A DNA stretch of 64,000 nucleotides from a virus (lineage: Duplodnaviria; Caudoviricetes). The notes under the pieces were generated by a model that saw nothing but the letters and a program-made list of their open reading frames with translations, was not told the origin of the DNA and did not search any database. Below are positions 55,879 through 64,000 of this stretch, one piece after another (the first letter of the stretch is position 1; every line of letters begins with the position of its first letter). The position numbers and the translations under genes were made by a program. The DNA is taken from positions 29,886 to 93,885 of IMG/VR virus record IMGVR_UViG_3300037067_002734, one strand, 5' to 3'.

Positions 55879-58800
55879 TTATCTTATTCCTTGAACCGTC
55901 ATTGATGCCCCTAGAGTACAACAAGTTTCAGATGGTGACTCGATTGTATTTGTATATGGATATAATGTCCAACTTCGAGTAAATCCATTAATTGTTTTAT
56001 AATCTATAAAATTCATATCTGAAGAATCAAAACTTGGTGTTACAATACTACAATAATATTGTCCTACTAATAATCCAGTACCAGTAATATTTGCAACTTG
56101 TTGTTGCGTATAAGTATCATATATTAATGGTTTGTTACCACTATAAGCAACCAATTGATCTTCATGATATACTATAAACCATCGTCGTCCTATGGCTCCA
56201 GAAATATCTACAAAATCATGAGTTTTAGTATAATAATTATCTCTATAATAATATGAAAAATCTTCTCTAGTACCAGCAGGATCAACCATAACTTTTAAAA
56301 CATTTCCACTCGTCTCAGTACTCACATCAATACCAGTATCTTGCCAATATGTGCTTGCTGTTACCGCTGAATATATATTATCAAATCCTATTTTTGTTCC
56401 ATCTCCACTAATAACTGGTCTAATATCATATAGTTCATAATTAAAACTATTGTTTAAATCTGGATCTCCACTCCAATGCACTTCTACTAATGGTAATGTA
56501 GATGCATTATGTCCACTAACCCTAACAATATCTCCATAATTATTAAAAGATAATCTATAAGGACTATCATTATAACTATAATTAATATACATATAATTTA
56601 TAGCTAATCTTGAAGATGTATCGAGACCAGTCCCATGATATCTAATATAAGCAATACCAGATTGAGCCATATAAGATGACATTGTATAAGTGCTAGTTAT
56701 AGAACCAAAATTAGGATTTATAGCTCCAACCTGAGTACCTATTGATTCCCAATTATTAGAAATAAAATTATATCCATAAATATCTACAGAAGAAAGTGTT
56801 CCGCTTAATACATCATAAGATGTAAATTTATATGGTCTAATAGTTTCTGGTCTTCCTGTATCAAAAACATATACAATATCAATTTCATTACTATCTTCAA
56901 ATATATTGTGGTATACAGTACCTATACTTACTGTATCTAAATATGTTCCAACTTGAGTACCGACAAAATTTGTCCCCAATAATGAAGTAGATGTATTATC
57001 TCCAGTACACATTTTATAAGTAGAAGAAGAAACATATGATAATTTATGATAGGTTGTAGGTTTTTTATAATAATTATAAGAATAAAATTCAAAATTTTCA
57101 CCAGTAGGAACTAATTTTAATAAGTTAACACCTTTTCCATATTCGTAATCAATATCATGAATCGTAAAATCATCTAAATTTTTATATGTAGAAATATTTT
57201 GATATGTAGTACCATAGGGATATGCAAGCTGTTTTTGACTATTTTGTGTCATCGAAGTTATTGTTGGAGAATAAGTAAATTTTCCTAAATAATAATTATC
57301 GGCAGTATTAGCTCCAGTATATATAATTCCACTCTCAAAACTATATGCTATATCTTCACCGTATCTTGCTACATCTCCAGTTTTTATAATATTTATAGAT
57401 TTACCAGATGGTATAGAATATAATATATCATCATGAATTAAATCTAATCTACCAAGAGTAAAAATTCCAGAATTATAATTTGTTGTATAATTTTGTAAAT
57501 AAACAATACCATTATCATATTTTGATGGATCTAATAAAGATATACAATTATGATCCCATGAACAACGACAATCTCCCACCCCAGTACTCATTGTTGCATT
57601 ACTAACACATCCAATATTAGTATATCCGCCAGGAGTTGGTAATGTATTAGTTAGAATTGCATTACTTCCACTTATAAATACAGATGATTTAGGGCCAAAA
57701 ATAGAAGTATCTAAATCTAACAATCCATAATAAGGATGATAATAAATAGTAGAATTTGTATTTCCACTACCATTACTATTTATATTATACATTCCATTAA
57801 CAAAACCAACTAAAGCACCATAATCAGAATTGCTGTATCCAGTAGTTGTTTCAAAACGATCATTTTCATATGGGTTTGTAAATGCTAATGGATAACTATA
57901 TGCCCATATATCGCTCCAACAAGTGTCTCCACTACATCCTCCAGTATCAGGATATTCATAATAAATCTTAGATTGATACATATATCCAAGATAACCCTTT
58001 TGCAACGTGGTATAAATTCTTTTATCATCTGGTTTACAAACCGATTCAGAACAACAAGTTTCAAAATCTGAAGCAAGACATGTGGTAGGTTGGGTTGGTG
58101 ATAAACATTTTTCTCTAGTATCCCATACTACATCTGGTATAGCATCATTTACTCCCAATAATGAAGCAGTATGTCTAATATCAGAAATATATGTTCCATT
58201 AAAACCTGAACATGAACATGTATAATGAGACCCACATTCATATAATCCATCTACAGTAATTTGAACTATATTTGGAGCTAAAACAGAAATATTGTGAGGT
58301 TTATCATAATATATAGAATTAATTCCAGCATCACCACTAGGATTATCTAATAATTCAATAGTAATGTCTGGATTTGTAATATGTTCATTTGTACTTATAT
58401 TTCCAATAATTAAAAATCCTGGATCAATAGCAGTACCAATGGAATATAATGGATGAGAAATACAATTATGAGAATCGCTAGCAATATATAACTCTCTTGG
58501 ATATAAAGTTACACCAAAATAAGTCTCATGATATATATGCCCATCATATTCTACTCTATAATCTCTGGTGGCTTCACAACCAGAATAAGGGAAACGAACA
58601 TTATCATATATATAAATATTATCATTAATTTTCCAACTAGCCCTAGAACCAAAAAATTGAATTCTAGCACTCATATTAACACCAGTAATAGCACTTCTAT
58701 TAGAAATATCATAATCATGATAAAATCTAATACTTCCAGTACCTGATCCTGGAGATAGAATATATTCTGTAGTAGAAGGTGGAACAAATACAGGATTTAC

Positions 58801-58992
58801 TTTCCAATCTCCAACATTAGAATCCCACAATAATGGATGAGCATTCCAACCAGAAGAACTAATAGTAGAACTACCACCAAATCCATCTGCTAATGGAGTA
58901 AAAGCGTTTAATTTTATTACTTTTCCATCAGAGAGAGAAGTTGATTGACTCCATCCTTCTTGATTTGTAGCAAAATGAGATCTATTTGCCAT
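55879..58992 (-). CDS. large virion-type (tail fibre/receptor-binding-like) protein
   Basis: 1037 aa, S/T/G/Y/N-rich, Lys-poor beta-type composition with Cys clusters; follows other structural-type genes. Confidence 0.6.
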   Translation of the reverse strand: MANRSHFATNQEGWSQSTSLSDGKVIKLNAFTPLADGFGGSSTISSSGWNAHPLLWDSNVGDWKVNPVFVPPSTTEYILSPGSGTGSIRFYHDYDISNRSAITGVNMSARIQFFGSRASWKINDNIYIYDNVRFPYSGCEATRDYRVEYDGHIYHETYFGVTLYPRELYIASDSHNCISHPLYSIGTAIDPGFLIIGNISTNEHITNPDITIELLDNPSGDAGINSIYYDKPHNISVLAPNIVQITVDGLYECGSHYTCSCSGFNGTYISDIRHTASLLGVNDAIPDVVWDTREKCLSPTQPTTCLASDFETCCSESVCKPDDKRIYTTLQKGYLGYMYQSKIYYEYPDTGGCSGDTCWSDIWAYSYPLAFTNPYENDRFETTTGYSNSDYGALVGFVNGMYNINSNGSGNTNSTIYYHPYYGLLDLDTSIFGPKSSVFISGSNAILTNTLPTPGGYTNIGCVSNATMSTGVGDCRCSWDHNCISLLDPSKYDNGIVYLQNYTTNYNSGIFTLGRLDLIHDDILYSIPSGKSINIIKTGDVARYGEDIAYSFESGIIYTGANTADNYYLGKFTYSPTITSMTQNSQKQLAYPYGTTYQNISTYKNLDDFTIHDIDYEYGKGVNLLKLVPTGENFEFYSYNYYKKPTTYHKLSYVSSSTYKMCTGDNTSTSLLGTNFVGTQVGTYLDTVSIGTVYHNIFEDSNEIDIVYVFDTGRPETIRPYKFTSYDVLSGTLSSVDIYGYNFISNNWESIGTQVGAINPNFGSITSTYTMSSYMAQSGIAYIRYHGTGLDTSSRLAINYMYINYSYNDSPYRLSFNNYGDIVRVSGHNASTLPLVEVHWSGDPDLNNSFNYELYDIRPVISGDGTKIGFDNIYSAVTASTYWQDTGIDVSTETSGNVLKVMVDPAGTREDFSYYYRDNYYTKTHDFVDISGAIGRRWFIVYHEDQLVAYSGNKPLIYDTYTQQQVANITGTGLLVGQYYCSIVTPSFDSSDMNFIDYKTINGFTRSWTLYPYTNTIESPSETCCTLGASMTVQGIR

Positions 58993-59005
58993 ATAAAATC
59001 CTATA

Positions 59006-62000
59006 TTATGAACTTATTGTTGTTATTGGGGTGTTGTAAGGTTCAGCATTAACAACATTCCATAATCCATTGCTTGTAGAATTATTCCAAGTAATATATA
59101 CTTTAATTCCATCGGCTATATCTAAAGCATTATTTATAGGAAGAATTTGAGTATTACCACCAGCAATATATGCTACAGTATCTCCAGTCATTATACCATT
59201 AAGTGTTACTACAGGATAAGTAGTTGGTAGAAATTCATTTTCTCCATACAACTCATTATATTGATAATAAGTACAAGTATAATTTTGTCCAGAATATGCT
59301 GCACCACCTAATATAATATTATTCTGCATATCTTGATAACCAGAAAAACTTGGGGTTGCAGATGTAATTTTACCAGAAGCCCCAACTAATAAACCATCTC
59401 TTGACGCTGGTCCATAAGTTTGAAGTACAAAAGTAGGATTATCCCAATATAATAATTCGTAGTTTGTATAGTTACCAGAAACTCCAACCGCTTTATCTGG
59501 ATTGAACACAGCCCATCCATAAGTTCCACTAGCTGAACTATATCCCATAGGGTTCGACAAAGCTATATATTTTGGAATTTCAATTCCAGAAATATCAAAA
59601 CATGGTATATTATCATCTACAATTTCGGCATTAATCACATTGTTCCACCCTAATGTGCTTTGTCTCATTTTTACTCTAACTATTCTATATGATGGAGCTG
59701 ATGTCCATACACCTCTTTTGTAGTCCCATCTTATATCAAGTGGTCCAGCTTTCCACATATTGGGTTTCTGCAACCAATTATCTAAAAATTTATGTGATCT
59801 ACCACCACTACCTGCTACTTCATCATAGTTAGGAACTGGCTTACCAGCAACATCAAATCCCCATCCAACAATTACTGGTGGACCCTTAATTCCTATACTC
59901 CTATACCATTCTTCACTACTATAATTAGTTTCTGGATACTTAATAGATAAATCAAGAGGATATGTACCATCTCTAATAACATATTCTATATCGTGCCCAT
60001 AACCACTGCCCATAGTAAAATATATGTTTGTGGGATCTTGACAATCTCTAATATCAATCATATCACCAGAATTTGGATTAGTTCTACTCTGCATAAATGG
60101 ATTAAGAGTTCCACACATAATAGGTGGTAAAGCCTCATTATATACTGGACCCCTAAACATAAAAGTACTATTGTTGGAATAATTATGCATCATATCGGGA
60201 TGTTCTGGTTCATCCCAGGCAAGTCGTACTCCCGTTGGAAATGAAGCCATTAAACTCGCTTCACCACTTTTAGTAGTAAATGGTCTATATAAACCAGGAA
60301 TTTCTACTCCTGCTCTTCTTAACCATAAATCACCACTACCAGCACCAAAAGTAGGAATACATTTACTGAATTCTGTATCCACAACACTATTAATTACACG
60401 ATCTGTTTTATATAATTGGTTAATTCCGGTTACAGAAGCATTAGATATATTACCGCTATTAGCATATTCATATTCTGTATGAGAAATTAAAAAGGAATGG
60501 GATGAGGTTCTTCTATAACGATCTGGTCTGTTTAATACGGTGCCGAGAGCATTATTAGTAGTGGGGGTTCTTGTTTGATTAATGCGAGCTAAATTATTAA
60601 GACGCTGTATATCTCGTATTTTACCGGCATTTTTCTTTAAATTATCAATACGGGTTTTACTAAATGAATTATAATCTGGAGTAAATGTTCTCAACTGATA
60701 TGTAGTTTTTAATCCATCTACACCAACACTAACATCCATATTAGTTATTTCGGGAGCACCATCAGCAAATGTAGATCCCATATTATATGCTGGAGCACCA
60801 GGAACTGTAATAGATCCAAACTCTATAACTTGTTGATTCATTACCTGATTATCTGCTAGTGCATGTCCAGCAGTATTCATTATAGTTGTACTGCCATAAG
60901 TCCAAGGATTTAAATCTTGCATAATCTCAACATTTGTAGGACCAGCAGTAGCAAATGATGAAGCATACCATGGACCATATCTTAATACATTACTTTTAAG
61001 AGGAACTACGGTAGATGTTGGAACCATTGGCATAGGATATCTATCCCACAATGTAGTATCGTCTGCTGGAACTGTAACACCAAATCTCATTATAGCAGCA
61101 ATATCTTTTTTATTTATCATTCCATATTTTTCTAAATAAGCAGCAGCCGCCATTTTTCCATATATATGAGTAGTAGCATATCCTAATTCTAATTGATCTA
61201 AATATACTTTATCTGATGTCACTGGCTTATCAATTCCAACAACTATTCGTGGATATAATCTATTAACTGGATCTAAAAATACTATTTCTTCGGCAGTAGC
61301 TTCAACATAAATTATTCCACTATCTGGCTGATAATATTTAGTAGAATCCCAATTACTCATATCAACTCTACTTCCGTTATTATCAAATTTCATCATACAT
61401 TTAATACGACCATCTTGTAATCTAAACAATTCCATAGTCGTATTATTTAATCCCCACGGATTTATATCACTCCAAGCCCCATCTGATTCTGTCCAGTTTA
61501 ATTGTATATTATAAGGAGAATCAACATCAATAGCACTACAAATTACTGGAGGAGCAACTAAAAATTTACGTCCTAAATATTCATTAGCATATCCTTCTAA
61601 TTTTTCAAACAATCTATCACCAATAGGTTTATCTTCATTGACTGCCTCCGATAAACCCTTTGTTGCAGTATATATACTTGTGCTTTTCCAATTATCAGAT
61701 TTTATTTGAGAAACAGCCCCTTTCATAGTTACAATATTATATTCACTACCTTCACCACAAATATCTAATAATTCTAATAATCCACTACCATGGAAAGTGG
61801 TTCCTAAAAGAACCTTATCGGTTTTTTCTATATAATCTTCCCAATTACTTCTACCACCATCAGCTAATAAAGCTAATAATTCCCCCTGTTCAACATTATA
61901 TGTAGAACCTAATTGTCCAGATTTAATATCATCAATTATATATTCATAAATATCAGAAATATCAATATTAAAACTATGTTTATCATATAATCCAGAACTA

Positions 62001-63135
62001 ATAATTGGATAACCATAAGCATCTTTTCCCCAATAATTCCAAATATTACTATTATAAGTGTCATTACCAGAAGATACATAATCCATTGCCCATAAATCCT
62101 GTCTTTGGTCTCCAACAATGAGAGCATTAGTTATTTCTGGTCTTAACTCAATACCTCTATCTGAGCTAGCTCTTTTTGTTGTACTAATAAAAGATGTTAG
62201 TGTACCTAAAGCCAAACGAGTGTCTATTGCAGCAGCACTAGCATCAATACTAGCAGCAGAAGCTGGTTGAGTTTTTCTATCTGATGTTTGAATTTTAATA
62301 TATAAATGGGCATCAGAAGGTATTGTTCCCTGAATAGTTGAGGTATTAAAGTTCCAATATTTAAAGGATCTAAATACATATCAGCAAACCAATCTAAACC
62401 GGCATAATCACAAACAGTATTAATAATGTCTAATAAAGAAATACTGTCCCCACCTATTCTCAAATCATCCATTGTAAGAGGTAACTCTGAAATATCAATA
62501 TAATAAGAATATCCCTTAAATGAAGGTCTAACCCCAAATTTACCAGCCAATTGTGAGGAAGAATTAATTAAAAGGGAAAGGGCAGATTTTAAACTATTCC
62601 AAGATATTCCTGCATCATTGCGGGCTGCACCCCCAAAACCTAGAGCTGGATAATATCCTAATAAAGTATACAAAGAAGGATCTATTGGACATCCGCCGCC
62701 AGAATATTCTTCTAGAAAACCATAAGCATTAATAACATTGGGGATACCAAATACATCACCAGTATATCCACCAACTATTACTTTTACTGCATCAAGAATA
62801 ATATTGGGGCCTGAACAACTGACTAAATAAGTTTTAGAATTATCATACTTTTCTTTCCAGTTTCTTAAAATACCCATATAAGCAAGACTTCCAAACTGGA
62901 AATATATAGGGGCACCCAAGGTAGGAGGAATAAAAGAATCTACTCCGGTATATGCTTGGGCATTAGTAGCACAATCATAATATACTTTATCTAAAGAACA
63001 TGGATCTTCTATTACTTCAACATCTAAACTACTTTCATTAGAGTTCCACCCAATCCTAGTAGAAAAACTAACAATGCTAGCCCCCATAAACATGGTTTGT
63101 GAAAATGGTCCGTAAATATTTGCGTCACATGCCAT
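59006..63135 (-). CDS. large virion (tail/baseplate-type) protein interrupted by a -1 frameshift near 62360 (about 1376 aa if joined)
   Basis: Frame of ORF 59006..62215 stays open upstream to ~62380 (..YWNFNTSTIQGTIPSDAHLYIKIQTSDRKTQ..) and overlaps the end of ORF 62224..63135; no strong start for the downstream part. Confidence 0.65.
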
Positions 63136-63164
63136 ATGCTACTTCCTTTTTAATTTATTGACCA

Positions 63165-64000
63165 TTAACTACAATCACCAAGAGTCCATGACACACTTCT
63201 GTTATATCTACCAGTTTTTATTTCCCAATTATCAGTAGTGTTATCTACAAATACTTGATTATAAACTCCTGTTAAATAAGCATAAAAGGCATTGACAATA
63301 ACATCAGTTTGAGTTTTGGGGGTTGCTGCATATAATGCAGTAAAACCAGCCCCAGTAATAAGCGATGTTCCAGAATAATATGGCATAATAACATCTATAT
63401 TGATTGCTTTTTTAGGAGATGTTACTGTATTCATATCTTGTAGAATTGGACCAACTGTTCTTCCGGGTATTGCCACGCTACCAAAAACATCGGTTTCAAA
63501 AGTATCCTGAATAGTAATACTTTCATAAATAGCACCACTAACATAATTTGTGGGACGAGTATCATATTCCCAAGTATAATTTATGGTTCCCATTACAGGA
63601 TTTCTTGCAATGGTTTTTGTAAGGGCTGTAGGATTAATAGAAGAATAACCAGAATAAGTTAATGTTCTATCATAAATAGTATTAATATCACTACTGCCAA
63701 CTAAATTATTATATTTTGCTACTGCGTTATCCCATTTTGTATTAGATATACTATTATAATTACCAGATGTCTCCAATCCTCTAATATTACCTTCTGCTGT
63801 AATACTAACAATATAACTATCAGATGGAACTCTTACATTTACAGTAAAATCTTCTATAGTGGAACCACTAGTTACCACCCATGTTTCGTTTACTGTATAG
63901 TTACCACCCAATTCATCAGTTTCTTCTGTTCTTTTATAATTAAATCCACTATAATATGCTGGCAAACCAATTCCGCTTGTACCAGCTAATTTTGTCTGGT
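63165..64000 (-). CDS. virion-type protein, 5' part outside window
   Basis: Frame is open to the window edge (QTKLAGTSGIGLPAYY...); T/S/G/Y-rich. Confidence 0.65.
   Translation of the reverse strand, partial: QTKLAGTSGIGLPAYYSGFNYKRTEETDELGGNYTVNETWVVTSGSTIEDFTVNVRVPSDSYIVSITAEGNIRGLETSGNYNSISNTKWDNAVAKYNNLVGSSDINTIYDRTLTYSGYSSINPTALTKTIARNPVMGTINYTWEYDTRPTNYVSGAIYESITIQDTFETDVFGSVAIPGRTVGPILQDMNTVTSPKKAINIDVIMPYYSGTSLITGAGFTALYAATPKTQTDVIVNAFYAYLTGVYNQVFVDNTTDNWEIKTGRYNRSVSWTLGDCS

Noticed and set aside
5540-58746. Short alternate-frame or antisense ORFs nested in long genes (5540, 38643, 49112, 49799, 50934, 55731, 57885, 58528)
   Set aside because: Fully nested in confident CDSs, no SD, no recognisable motifs.

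Overview
A 64-kb segment of a large, very AT-rich (by eye about 25-30% GC) tailed-phage genome that reads in the standard genetic code. Positions 1-51.7 kb are one + strand gene run with three parts. (i) A replication/recombination module: RecA/UvsX, a frameshifted UvsY-like gene, DnaB helicase, DnaG primase, dNMP kinase, Cas4/RecB-like exonuclease, a DNA polymerase III alpha (DnaE) split without an intein into two genes 3.5 kb apart, a DnaQ-like exonuclease, SSB and a phage sigma factor. (ii) A ~28-kb glycan biosynthesis/modification island: about nine glycosyltransferase-like genes, rmlABCD-like genes, GDP-fucose synthase, FdtA/DegT amino-sugar genes, a sugar C-methyltransferase, several other methyltransferases, kinase/nucleotidyltransferase/phosphatase and a SemiSWEET. 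(iii) Several free-standing homing-endonuclease-like genes. From 51.6 kb to the end the genes are on the - strand: large virion-type proteins (one interrupted by a -1 frameshift) followed by a PRTase-HAD fusion, methyltransferase, sulfotransferase, radical SAM enzyme and PhoH. The most unusual signal is a ~100-nt non-coding element present twice (23961-24078 and 49411-49513), each copy directly upstream of a zinc-ribbon-repeat PD-(D/E)XK nuclease gene. It has a shared promoter-like motif, two interleaved helices (A-B-A'-B', pseudoknot or switch topology) whose sequences differ but whose pairing is kept, and a U-tract. No tRNA, rRNA or CRISPR array was seen. All calls are from motif reading by eye; no searches were run.
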